In this document: positions 52,251 to 64,000 of the stretch, in pieces
Layout of the letters: each line of letters opens with the position of its first letter
Numbering within the stretch: position 1 is the stretch's first letter
Assembly: GCA_050273025.1 (NCBI GenBank)
Contig: CP158635.1
Span: 2,976,001 to 3,040,000 of the forward strand
Length of the DNA: 64,000 bases
Source of the DNA: Cenococcum geophilum
Lineage: Eukaryota
Direction: 5' to 3'
The notes under the pieces: generated by a model
What the model was told of the DNA's origin: nothing
The model's database searches: none
What the model saw: the letters and a program-made list of their open reading frames with translations, nothing else
Position numbers and translations under genes: made by a program

Positions 52251-52966
52251 TGCAGGTCTCCCCCTAAGCTTCGTTCTATAGAGCTCTTATAAAGCTCTAC
52301 AGCTCTACGTAAAGGGCTGGCGGCATAGGTATAAGGGTTTAACGTTAGTGTTTACTGAGCGGCTCGGCAGTATAGAGGTGGAATTAGAGCCTCTACGGCG
52401 ACGAGTTCCTTTTAATATCGCGCGTGTATAAGGAACTAAGGATCTCATAGCTTTATAGAGTAGGCTTTTCTCTATAATTTGGTGTAATTCTTATATCAAT
52501 AAGTATTGTGGGAGGGTAAATCAATTTCGTTAAAGTTAATAAGGTCGTCTCATATAAACCGTGTTTAGGTTTTCCTACAAATCTCGCCAAAGTCTCTTAG
52601 ACTAAGAAATCGATCAAATATCCGAAGGAGTTTAGCGCGCCAGCGCAACCGATTTCTTAGTCTGAGTCCACTAAGGTAAGCTATTGGGGTGCGGAAGAAC
52701 TTTAAAAAAGCATGTCCTTACCGCAACTTACACCATAAAATATCTATGCAACTAGGTAGTAAATAAACTAGTTTAGGGCGCGGAATTAATAGCTTATTAT
52801 ATAAACTAAAAGCCCTAAACAGCTTATAAAGTAAACTTTAATGCTAGGTTTAAGATATAACGCTAAAGTCAGACAACTTTAATAGCAAGTTTCTAAAAGT
52901 TTTCCACTATAAAGTCGCTCTAAATCTACACCTTATAAAGCCTATATTAACTTCCTACTATATAGT

Positions 52967-55900
52967 ATAACCGATAGCTCTTTATTTAATATCGATTCGA
53001 CTCTTCCTAACCTTAATAAGCTCCTGCAGCGTTGTCCTACTACCTATACTACCTATACTACCTCTACTGCTCCAGTACGAAAACCTAGTAATCGCTAGAG
53101 CAACCCTATTAAAGTCCTTAATACCCTACCCCCCCCTTACTAGGTTGCTCTAGATACTTAGCATAAGGTTTCTTAGGCTCCGTTAACTCTATTTTAGCTT
53201 CGCCGGCTATAGTATATAGGTGTAAAGAGCTTAGCGCAGGCCTCTGCGCAGGAGTCGTTCTCTCCTCTACCCCCTCTTAGAACTCTAAACCCTAGCGGTT
53301 ATAAATATCGTGCTACTTCTGCTTCTTCGGTATATGATATAAATAATCCTCTTCCGCTATAGCTTTAATCGCCGTTACTAGAAGTTAAGATCTAACGTCT
53401 AAAGTGGCAGCTAAATTACTATTTGCACCCGGACCTAGCTCTAGTAGTAAAAAGGGTAGTTAACTCTATGCCCGCCTACTACCTTCTAGAGCTATACAAT
53501 AGCGAGACCTTTAAGGATTCTAACGCCGCGTTTAATTAATACTAGGACTGCGCCTTTAGCAAAGGCTTCTTTATTATTACACTATCCTTAGGTAATAAAA
53601 CCGCTCTATAACCGCACTGTATCTTTGGCTATAAATACTATAGTAAGTATACCCGGAACTACCGCAAGTTAGACGACTTTTACGGTAAGAATAGTAACCG
53701 GCAGAAAGAGGCCACTAAGGTATACTAAAAGAACTGCGGCTGGTGTATTTGGGTAGCCTAAAAGAAGCTTCCTAGCTATATTAGTGATATTAAAAAATAG
53801 GTGGCGACTATTACGCGTGCTAAGCACTCTAATCTAGATGCTTTAGAGGCTCTAAAACATAACTTTATTGCGAATCCCCTTGCTTATATTGGCTACTAGG
53901 ATTAACTACTAGAGGCTAAAGAGGTAGCTGTAAAAGCCTACGCTCTTAGGGCAACTTAAGAGACCTATCTTACTATATAGCGTCAACTTTCTGCCTGGGA
54001 GTTATATATAAGCAAGAAGAAATACTATAGCTTAACGCGATCGCTAAGCGGCCTTCCTAGTAGAGCTGAGGGCCAGCCGCGAGCGCTCGGCGCGCTTAAG
54101 CTGCTTCTCTACTAGCATAGATTTAAGTACTGGTCTTAATATACCTATATAATTAATCTAGAATTAGGTTGTCTAATTGCCCGGAGTTTCTAGCAGCTTA
54201 TATTCTAGCTTCCTATCTAGGTAGATTTAGCGCAGTGTAGCTAACAGTCAGCGTCGCTAGCAGCGTCGCTGACAGCGAGCTGCTGATGTAAGCAGTCAGT
54301 TAGTGTACATAGTTATAACAGTTAGTTAGCGTACATTTATGCAGCGCGCTGACAGCTCGCTGCATGGGTGGTAAGGAAGGATCAATTTGGTAGTGTTTAA
54401 AGCCTTTAAAGGTAATATCGAATGGATTTATATATAGATTAATCTATAAAGAAAATAAGACTATATATATAGTAGTTAAGTTATAAGCACCCTAATCTAA
54501 CCCTAATATAGTAGTAATTGGCACTAGGTTAATAGGTAAATATATACGCCAACGGCTTATATACGGTTTTCCTTACTAAAATATACTACTTATAACTTAA
54601 TAACTATAATAGCTATTAATATAAAAATTATAATATACTTTATTAAATGTTAAAGCTATAGTTTTAAAAAATATATAATTAAAAAACCTTTATAAATAAC
54701 TTATATAATATAAAAATAAAAATTAGATTTTTTTTATTTAATTTATTATTTAAGAATTTGTAGCTAATTTAAATAAGTAAAATAGGATAAGTAAGTTTAT
54801 TAAAGCTTACCTTTAAATAAAGTCTAACTTTAAATTAGAGCTTATATAGCCTATTTAACTATCTAGTTTAAATCCTTATTATTATTATTAGTATAATGCC
54901 TACTTCTTTAAAGCCTCCGTAGCGTACTAATTTAATTTAAATATTATTTAAGGTTATATTATATAGGAATATAGGTATATAGTAGTATATATAGAGACTC
55001 TGTAAGGTGGGGTTGTTGCTAAGAACAAATCTATATACTAGCGAGACTATTACGTGGTCGTAGAAAGCTCCTGTAAATATCTACCTACCCTACCTACTAA
55101 TAGGTTAATTAAGGTATATCTAAGATTAAATAATATTAATATTAATATATATATAGAGGTGCTACTAAAAATCTAGAATTTAACTCTATAACTCTACTAA
55201 ATCTATATAAATTACCTAATTAGGATCAGCGCGCTGACAGCTTTGCAGTCAGCGTATATACTTTCCCAGCGAGCGTCCAGCGAGCGACCTGATTAGCCGC
55301 AGTCAGTCAGCGGAAGACGTCTTCGCTCGCTGAACGCTGACTGTTGGCCACACTGATTTAGCGCAAAGGTTTATTACCGACTTTAGCTACTAAATAGATG
55401 CTATATTTAATACCAATTAATTTAAGCTTTTATTGGCTATTATTACTGGCGTTATTAATATATAGTCCCCTTTTCCAGCAATGCAGTTGTTTATTAAGAG
55501 TAAGTCTTAGTTAGATTGGACCTTTTTACTAGAGTCTGCTTAATAGAAACTTTGGAAACGGCCACCTAAAGTTATTATCGCCAATTTTAGTAAGGGCCTT
55601 GCGGCCGCCTTATTAGTAGATTACTATAGGGTATTTAGATAAGCTTTACTATAGGCCGGCCTATAGTAAAGCTTATCCAAATATCTTGTGGCGATATTCT
55701 GTTCCCCGGCTTAAAACCCTTATTTTAACGTCGACTTTTCCTTAACCGCTTACTCCCTCACTAAATACCTTCTAAATTTAGGTATAGCGGCAAGCTAATA
55801 AGGCAAGGGTATTAATAGAGGATTGAAATGCTTTACTAATTATTAATTAAGCCTTAAGGATACTATAATTAAGCTAAAGAGGTGGATTTTAATACTGTGC

Positions 55901-57291
55901 TAGGAGTTAATCAAATCCAAATATACGTCTAAAACGTCCCTCCCCCGAACTATTACCCTAGATCTCTTTTACACCACTTTATATAGATTAACGGTGTAGT
56001 AACACACTACGCGCTTAAGTGAATTTTTAACTCTATGCGTAGCGTAAGAGCTTTAACAAATAAGGAAAAGCAGGAGTGGGCCGATTAGAAGTAGAAGTAG
56101 GACGACTGTAACTATAAGGACCCCTACCAATACGGCCTCCCCTATTGTTATATGCTTATTTGGTGCTTAATATAAAGGCTTCCTATATCGCCGGCTTTAA
56201 TCTACCCTTGCTAGTATATTATAATAAAGCTAATCACTGCTTTGGATTGGCAGCCGCGATATATTAAGGATATAGCGTTTTAGGGTAACCCTCTACTAGG
56301 GCACTTGGAAGCTCTTACTAGGATTAGGCTATTAGTTCTCTGCCTTCTTAATATTATTAAGGACCTCCCTACTAAAGAAATAGGCGAGCTTGCTAATAAA
56401 TTTAAAGACTTTAAGGTGACTTAAATAACTATTTTAACTAAACAGGTAGAGCTTTAATCGCTACCTAAGGGCGCTCTATTTAAGGTTCCTCTAAAGGCTC
56501 GCTGGCAGCCACCACTTAAAAAGAAGTACGGTAAGGCTAATTAGCGGGGTAAAACAAGTGCTAAGATTGCTAAATATGCTGCCAACGTCGCTGTATAAAA
56601 GCTCTAAAAGGAAAGGTAGGAGGAGGCCTAGAAGTAGAAGGAGTAGGTACTAAGCAGCGGTATAGATCTTAGCCAATTTCTAATCCAAAATAAAGAGCTA
56701 GCCGACGAAGTATATATGGGTATTAAGGAGGATAAGTAGCAACTGTTTAACAAACCGTCGGTGCTATATAACGAAGTTTTAGGGGAGTTAAAGGATAAGG
56801 TGGTTATTTTAGAAGTAGAGGACGATGACTCGTGGCTTAATAACGTGGAAGTACTCTACGGTACTATATTAGACGACCCTCACTAAAATATTAGTGAGAA
56901 GGAGCCTATTGTGACCCATTTAGCACCTAACAATTATTAAAAGCCGCTACCTCTCCTACTCTATCAATCTAGTAGAGCGGCGCGTACTAGAGCTTAAAGG
57001 ACCTATACTTAATTAGCTTGTAGTAATTTTATATTAATCTTAAGTAATACTAATAAGGATCCTAATAGTCCTAAGCTAAAAGAGGTTGTTAATCCTAAGC
57101 GAAAAGAGGTTGGTATTTTATTAAAATTAAAGCGATAGCGATAGGGAGCTTCTGTAGACATGTATAAGGCTTATAAGGCTAGCGTACTTACTATTAGGTC
57201 CCCTAAGGCCAAGCGCACGCGTGGTAATAAAAAGGGAAAGGACCTTATTGAAATAGACGGCCAAATATTAGAGTATTACACGTGTAAATAG
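52967..57291 (+). pseudogene. MULE transposase (FAR1/WRKY-like N region, DDE, SWIM-like finger), split by a hAT derivative; possible internal deletion near 55900
   Basis: DCAFSKGF..KNCGWCIWV; Y*IDAIFNTN; PKVIIANFSKGLAAA; CNYKDPYQYGLPYCY (SWIM after RIP reversal); CxxH and third acidic residue not located. Confidence 0.8.
54233..55355. mobile_element. Non-autonomous hAT derivative (1123 bp)
   Basis: TIR cagtgt(a/g)gc(t/c)aacagtcagcgt; 8-bp TSD ATTTAGCG; subterminal cgctgacagc repeats; AT-rich interior. Confidence 0.9.
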
Positions 57292-57535
57292 TGCTTTATT
57301 ATTTAAATCGGAGTTTAAGTTAGCGATAGTGGTCTGTGCGGGCTTACTAATTGCTAAGTAATTACGGTTATATAGGATGATTATGCCCGGAGACTCTCCA
57401 GTCGGCTAATCTTTAAGAAAGTTAAGAAGCCTCTATAAAACTAGTTAGTAAAAAGCTTAACACTATAATGTAATATATTACCATTTCTTGGTAAGGTAGT
57501 AGAGCTTTTGGTCGCCCAAGGATAATAGTAAGAGG

Positions 57536-57757
57536 TGTTGGCCACGGAGGTAGCTTTACTGCAGAGGTGCGACGGGTGCTGTTTGACCTCAGTTTTAACC
57601 TGTATTATTACTCCCTAGGGACCCCTGTAGGGGATCAATTCTCTTATATATATTAGGGGCCTTAGAGCCACCTTAAATAAAACAGATTACTTGTATAATT
57701 CTGTGTCTTCTACCTACCAGCTAGCTTATGTTATTTGTGATACCTACCTAGCTGAAA
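57536..57757. mobile_element. Probable solo LTR (222 bp)
   Basis: Starts TGTTGGC; TSD AGAGG; removal restores YAP-LTII in the transposase; right end imperfect (GAAA). Confidence 0.6.
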
Positions 57758-59214
57758 AGAGGAGCGTACGGTTCGCCCCAAATATTAAGGTTTAATTGCA
57801 TCTTATAAATCGTCTTCTTGCCCACCTTTACAGCCTTTGTAATAGCTAGTACCGCCTTACTAGCTTTAATACAAATCCTAATTCTATAAACAACTTTATC
57901 TAAAAGGCGGCGGCCCATAATAACTTTAATTGTAGTGGTTAAAATTAAAAGAATTGCCCCTTATACAAATTTTAGTAGGGGGCGATGCGGCTCTTTCGCG
58001 TCCTAAGCGAGTTCCCGATATTTCTTAAACGACTATAATAAAAGACTATGGAAAGGTTAAGTTGGACTCACTTTAACCGGTGGATATAGTCGCGGTTTCT
58101 AATTATGTTTTGCCGGTAACTCTAAGTATATTTATAAAACCCCTATATTTATTTAGTAATACTAATAGATAAGTAGAGAATGGCTTAGCTAGTCTTATAA
58201 CCTTTTTAGAGTTACATCTCCCCTATTTAAAGTATTAATAATTTTAAATACTATGATTTCACGCGGATAACTAAAGTATCCCGTTTTATAGTTGCCTACT
58301 TATTATATAATAGAGGACTAGAGATATCTCTAAAGCCCTAGTTATAAATTAATTGTATTTACGTTCGGCCCTATTATAGTAATATACTAGTATTTTACCT
58401 AGGTTTTAGCTGTGGATATACTATAAGAGAGACTTATAATATACTATACTGAGAATCCTTATTTCCTTTATTGTTATGCTAAAATATATAAATTACTTAA
58501 AGATATTATAATAGAGATAGCTAAGAGGGTATTAGAGGGTCGATTAAAAGAGCTATTAGGGAGGTTACGTAAGAGAAAGGTAAATTACACTATATAGAGA
58601 GCTCCCATGAGGTATAAGGAATAAGAAATTTCTTAAAAGGAAAGATTTTCGCAATCGCGTTCTTTTGGTATTTAGTAAGAATTAAGGCGTTAATTAGGAT
58701 TTCCTTAGCTCGTTATTTTATACGTTATAGCTAGGTAATGTTTTATTGCTATTTAGTTCTATATTAAGAATATCTCTTTATTACTTACGCGAAGTTAGAG
58801 ACTTACTTAAAGCTAGCTTAATAAGCTTGCCACCTTTATACTGTCTACTTAGCAGCGATAGGTCAGCTAGTCCGTAACTCGCTTAGTTATTAGGATATTA
58901 GTAAGTTGAAGTTAAAGATAAAAGTATAGTTATATTATCGCAGCCTCCTAACTAGAGAGCTAGACGAGAGTACCTCCGATTTATTACGGATATATTATAG
59001 AAGATTATAAAAATGGTCCAATTTAGGGTATATATAAGGAGACTGGAATATTTAAATATCGACTCTTAGCCGACGGTATTAACTCGAATTGGCTTGCTAT
59101 TAATGGAGACTGCTTACACTATATGTTTATTATTATATAATCGGTAAATTTAGTTTAGTAGGCTGTTTAGGTAAATATAAAGACCTAAAGGCCACCTAAA
59201 TGCCACCTTGTAAT

Positions 59215-61300
59215 AGCTATTACTACCTTTTTAGCGAGGATATAGGGTAATTAAACTTTAATCTATTCTACATCTCTCTTAAATAAAGTACACTTTTATG
59301 CTTAGCTAGGCAATATAGCAGCTTTCTATACTTATAGGTAGCCCTCCTAATTATTTTATTACTCTTAGGTAACCTTTATAGTATACTATTTTAGAGCTTT
59401 ATAAGTTGCTATCTATAAAGCCTAGAATCCTTAAAAGAGTATATAGTTTTTAACCCTTCTCCTAAAGTCTTCTTAAACTTTTATAAGCTTTTTGGTAAAA
59501 CTTAGCATCCTTATTTATAGAAAATCTCTTCTATTTAAATCTAGCCTACTTATACTTCCTTTTATTCTAACTATATCTTAGGCCTTAAAGCTTCTAGATT
59601 AAGCTAATTACTATATTATAATCGCCCGGCTTTATCTAAAGTAGTAGTTTTCTTTGCCTTTTTAGGAGACTTTTGGCGTATAGGAGACTTCTAGCGTATA
59701 GGGGATTCCGTAAAAAGGATAGGAGCGTTAAAGCCCTCTTTAATAAGGATTGGGTAATCTATATAATTGTTAGTATATATATAGTATTCTCTTTTTGCCT
59801 TTTCTTATATTTTAGTATACCTTTAGAAGATCTAAATAAATCTTAATAATCGTTCCTAAGGATTTGCTCTAAATCTGGGTATTACTACTAGGTAAGTTTA
59901 GCTAGCGGCTTATAATCTTCTATATCTATCTACTCCTCTTTTATAGGCTTTAATTAGTATTTATTAGGGCTAATATAAAAGGGCGTGCGTTATATTACCT
60001 TCGTTAAAGTGAACTTCTATAGTATTAATATAAGTATATAGCTCGGTCGTGTTTTTAGAGCTAGAGTCTTCCGTAGGTATATACCCTTTAAATTCCTCTA
60101 TTATTTGGTTAACCACTATTACGGAAGTATTTACCGTTTTAAAGAAGTAGCTAGAGTAGCAGAAGATCTATTTAAATCGGGTATTATAGGCTTAAAAGTC
60201 TTCTGGCATAATTTTGTTAATAAAAGGTTTAGGGTTAAGGGAATTGGTTATAGCTAAGCCTTACCTACTACTAATTAAGAAATACTTTAGGTGGGATATA
60301 TAGGACTTGTTTGTAAGCTCTATAGCCGCTAGGCCGTTCGTAGTAAATATTATAGGAATTGCGTAAGTCTCTCTGCTTAGAGTTTCGTCAGCTTTAAATT
60401 TTATAAAAGTATCTTTAAACCTAGGAGGAATAGGACTAGCAGAATTAAGTATAGAATCTGCCTATGCTAACCTTAAATAAGTGGCTTTAGAGATAGTGAA
60501 ATGCTTAGGAGGATATTTAAAGTTAGAATAATCTATTACTAAGATGTGCGGCAGGTTTGTTTAAAAGGAGGTAGGGTTATTTAAGAAGGGAGATAAGTTT
60601 ATTCAAGAAGTGCGAACGCTAGGGTTTAAATACCACTCCTTACTATCCTGTATAACGTGGGTTTCCGCTTAAAGATAGGGTAGTATCTCTAAGGACGTTC
60701 TTAACTAAGGATTTCTACTCTGTATTACTAAGCCCCTAATCTAATTATAAAAGATAAACTAGCTTTAGTAGCTTCTAAGCCTAGATAAAACGCTTTATAC
60801 CGTTTATCCGTATAGTAAAGTCTTTAGGGCTCCTAGTATAAGCCAATTAACCGCTTTTACCGCCGTCTATTATACCGTATAAGGTATATCCTAAATCGCT
60901 AAGGCTTTAAGGCCTTTTGCCAGCTTCCGTTCTCTTTATAATAGTGGCATCTTTATATATAGTTCTACTTAGCTAACTTATAAGTCTTGGCCGTAAAAGT
61001 TACTTTAGGTCATTTAAGCCAAAGGTTATATAACCTTCTTTCTTAAGGTATAGATATTCTAGGTTAAGGGATGCAGATATACGCTGCCTAATATAATACT
61101 TACACGTAATGGTCTACCTTAGGTGCTGCGCCTCTAGGGATAGCAAGGGCACGTATTATATAAACCCTTCTCTAGTTCGGTATAATAGGAGTTACTATAG
61201 CGCAGCCGCGAGGCGTATTAGTAATGCGGCGGTATTAGGGCCTTAAAGATAGGATTACGTATAAAGGTGTAGTCTGCTTATATACCGTAAGTAATAAAAG
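59215..61300 (-). pseudogene. Large hypothetical protein, RIP-inactivated
   Basis: Long frame YGI*ADYTFIRNPIF...KAVNWLILGALK...KEWYLNPS...LREM*NRLKF with RIP-type stops; no domain recognised. Confidence 0.45.
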
Positions 61301-64000
61301 GGTAGTAAAAAGATTTTATAACTTGACCTAGCTTATATATTATCTCTTAAGTAAACTCTATCCTTTACTTAGTTATTAGAGTTCGGATATTAATCGTATA
61401 CTTATAGCTACGCTAAATAACTGAGGATATAGGCGTGGAGTGAATTTTAGCGTTAAAATGGGCCAAAATAGGGGGTGGAGATATCGGCGTAAGGGAAGTA
61501 CCGGTGTAATCGTAGTGCTAGTAATAATAAGGGGTCCCCTTTGCTCTTTTTGGTTAAGCGATCCTAAGAAGTCTTTTACCTATAGCTTCTGCTATTGGTT
61601 TTTAAAATAATTATACCACGGTTATAAAAGGGGCGTTATTGTAGCCTTTACAACTATATAAACTAAAAGAGGCTTAAACTATTACCGCAATAATGCTTGT
61701 TCTAGGCGTACGCTAGATACTAGCAAGACTACTTCTTTACAAAACCTTTAGTAAAGTATAGGTAGGCGTTTACGCGCCGCGCTAGATTATAGAAAAAGTC
61801 CTAGGAATAGAAGCCGGTTAAAAAGGAGATTAATATAGGAGACGCTTATATTTATATTATAGGCTATATTAACTGCGGTTATAACAGAGGAAGATTTATA
61901 CGCGAGGGAGGCTTAGCGGAGCGTTAATTACCCTTTCTATGCTTTAGGGGTCCGTAGCGTACTATACTTTCTTACTAGGAATTGCGCCGGAGTACTAGAT
62001 ATATATATTTTAAAAAAAAAGCGGTTTTAGCCTATATAAGTAGCTGGTTTAATATAAGAATATTCTGTTATAGCTTAGCTGGCAGCGCTATATATTATAA
62101 GGTTAGAAGTTACTATTGGTGCCTATAAGAGGGTTAGGATATATAAGCTAGTAGATAGATAATATAGTAACCGCTAGTAGGGTGTGGTTTCTATAAGAGG
62201 ATAAGCCCTTAAAATGTTATTATACTTATTAGGCCTATATATAATAGGGAAATATATATAATTAAGATCTATGGTTTAATTTAGGGCTCTATATATACTA
62301 TATCCTAATTACAGATTATATCGGTTCTTGTTTGCTAGGTAGCTAAATTTAAAGCCTAAACTAGGTTATATCGGCCCTAGGCTAGGTTTTTTAGCTATTA
62401 ATTTATTAAGGGGGTAAAGGCTGTAAATAACCGCCTTACCGGCCGCGCCTATATTACTATATTAGAATACTTAGAAGATATAGGGTAATATAAACTATTA
62501 TCTTTAATATAACTATTATATAGAGGCGTAGCAAAGTCAAATATGGATAGAGAAGGGATTAAGCCCCGTCTGTAGTCGCGTTGTAACGCATTTATAATAT
62601 AACGGTTATATTATTAAGTTAGTGTACCGGCTTAGCCTTTAAGGCTTAACTTTCTAGGCAGAGCTAAATAGAGCCTATATTTAGCTCTTTTACGAGTTAT
62701 ATAAGAAGAGTAGGATATAAAAGGTCTATATAAATTAGGTTATGCTTACACGAAGTATAATACCCCTTAAAGAAGTTATATTTATTTACTTTATAACGTC
62801 CTAATAGCCGGCTTCCTTAAATAATTAACGGTAAGTAATTTAAAGGTAAAGGTAAAGGATAGCACGTTATATTTAATTGAGGTATGCCTTATTTCTAACT
62901 CTTTAATAGGGTACTACTAATATTGCTAGGCTATACCGTTTGTCCCGAAGTCTAAAGGCTTAGATAATACCTTTAACGCAGCGGGGTAGGTACGTTAATG
63001 GTAGTTTCCTAATAGCTTTATCGTTTATTAGCCTACTAATATAAATAGAGTATCTTATTAGCCATAGAATGCAAGAATAATTTAGGGTATAATAGTCCTA
63101 GTGCGGAAGAAAATAATGGCGTAGTAAAGCTGCCTAAATGTACTTTATCTTAATACTACTTAACGGAGCTTATTAAACCCGGCTAACTCTTTTTTAGGAG
63201 AAATCTATAAAATAGCGGACCTGTTAATAAAATATAGCTGCATATGCTAAGAATGCTATATTAAAGCTCTTAAGTTTAAAGCTAAATTTATTAAAGTCCT
63301 CGGACTCTAGCTAGGGTATAAATTATACTAAAACAAAAAATTAAAAGCCTTAAAAGAAGCCGGAATAAGACTTTAGAGTATATAGGTAAATAATTTGGAG
63401 AGGCTAAAAATGAAATTATAAAATATAAGCGGAAATAGATATAAACGAGTTGCCTTTTAGTTATTATAGTGTATTATTTGTTTATAGAAGACGCTTTATA
63501 TATAGGATTGGAGTTAAACAGTTTGCACCTTTAGAGTATTTACGGTGTTTATATCCCTACTAATAATTTAGTTAGTAAACGCCCTACTGTTTTCCCGTAA
63601 CGAACTGAAATTATATTACTAGAAGTTTAGACTACCTCTTGTACAGTACTACCTCTTATATACTTTTCTTTATAAAAAATACTAAAATAAAGGTGCGCTA
63701 AGCCGCTCCCTACCTGTAACACCCTAGATATATAGTTAGTACTTTTTGCACACCCTAAGACCTAGTAGAGGAAGTAGGTGTGCTATATATTAGGATACTT
63801 ATAATGCTTTATGTTTAATAAACCAATTAGCGGATTTTAAGCTCCCTTATCGCTAAGTAGTATAGAATAGACGTTAACCCTTACGGCTGTATTTGCTATA
63901 GAGCTATAATAGATATATAGGGACGTCTTATATTACAGAGCTTATTTTAGCGTTTTATATTTTTTAGGTGTAATATTTTTGTCTATAGATACGTATAAGC

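Larger units (their letters stand above)
51001..52679. mobile_element. Unclassified non-coding TIR element, copy B (1679 bp), inverted relative to copy A
   Basis: Ends TTACCTTAG..CTAAGGTAA; exact 9-bp TSD GCTATTGGG; reverse-complement similarity to copy A along its length. Confidence 0.88.
43642..57399 (+). mobile_element. Mutator-like element (MULE) with nested insertions
   Basis: TIRs ggag(c/a)gtct..gggca.aat.atcc; left TIR continues at 50936-51000; 11-bp TSD ggttggctggc/agtcggctaat (transition differences only). Confidence 0.85.
42776..57918 (-). pseudogene. Tc1-type DD34E transposase, interrupted by a MULE and two solo LTRs
   Basis: N-terminus MGRRLLDK..GRPKALL at 57918-57400 (intron 57433-57481); C part 43640-42776 with FFNKLA (FxDES), IFNNMAIYK and YSPDYNPIK; 34 residues between the second D and E. 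Confidence 0.85.
42504..58003 (-). mobile_element. Tc1/IS630-like DNA transposon (core ~1.37 kb) expanded to 15.5 kb by nested insertions
   Basis: ~75-bp TIRs ggacgcgaaagagc.g.atcgccccc..; TA flanks; transposase halves at the two ends. Confidence 0.88.

Noticed and set aside
43667..52679. A single foldback element with 1.7-kb TIRs
   Set aside because: Each arm has its own TIRs and TSD, the outer flanks do not match each other, and the spacer belongs to the MULE TIR.
1..64000. Starship captain (DUF3435), tRNA/rRNA genes or intact CDS
   Set aside because: None was recognisable by manual reading; a heavily RIPped copy in poorly resolved zones (6.3-10 kb, 61.5-64 kb) cannot be fully excluded.

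Overview
Fungal (RIP-competent ascomycete) repeat-rich DNA with no intact gene. CpA/TpG is depleted, TpA is abundant, and most stops in the recognisable reading frames are TAA/TAG at positions where Gln/Trp fits, which is the signature of repeat-induced point mutation (RIP). Positions 1-25.5 kb and 58-64 kb hold a block of RIP-destroyed non-TE genes: a FunK1-type kinase, an AAA ATPase, a duplicated chromodomain/Myb unit and several orphans. This resembles derelict Starship cargo, but no captain recombinase is visible. Positions 26-58 kb are three nested TE stacks with readable ends and target-site duplications (TSDs). (i) A pogo-like element contains a 5'-truncated Tad1-like LINE and a non-coding two-LTR element. 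(ii) A Ginger-like DNA transposon (TG..CA ends, ~140-bp TIRs, 5-bp TSD, retroviral-type integrase with an intron and a Cys-rich tail) contains a hAT and a Fot1/pogo. (iii) A Tc1 (DD34E) element contains two solo LTRs and a MULE. The MULE's left TIR was hit twice, in opposite orientation, by an unclassified ~1.68-kb non-coding element, forming a giant palindrome; one arm carries a full-length Ty1/copia. Protein calls come from manual translation with RIP reversal, and pseudogene boundaries are approximate.
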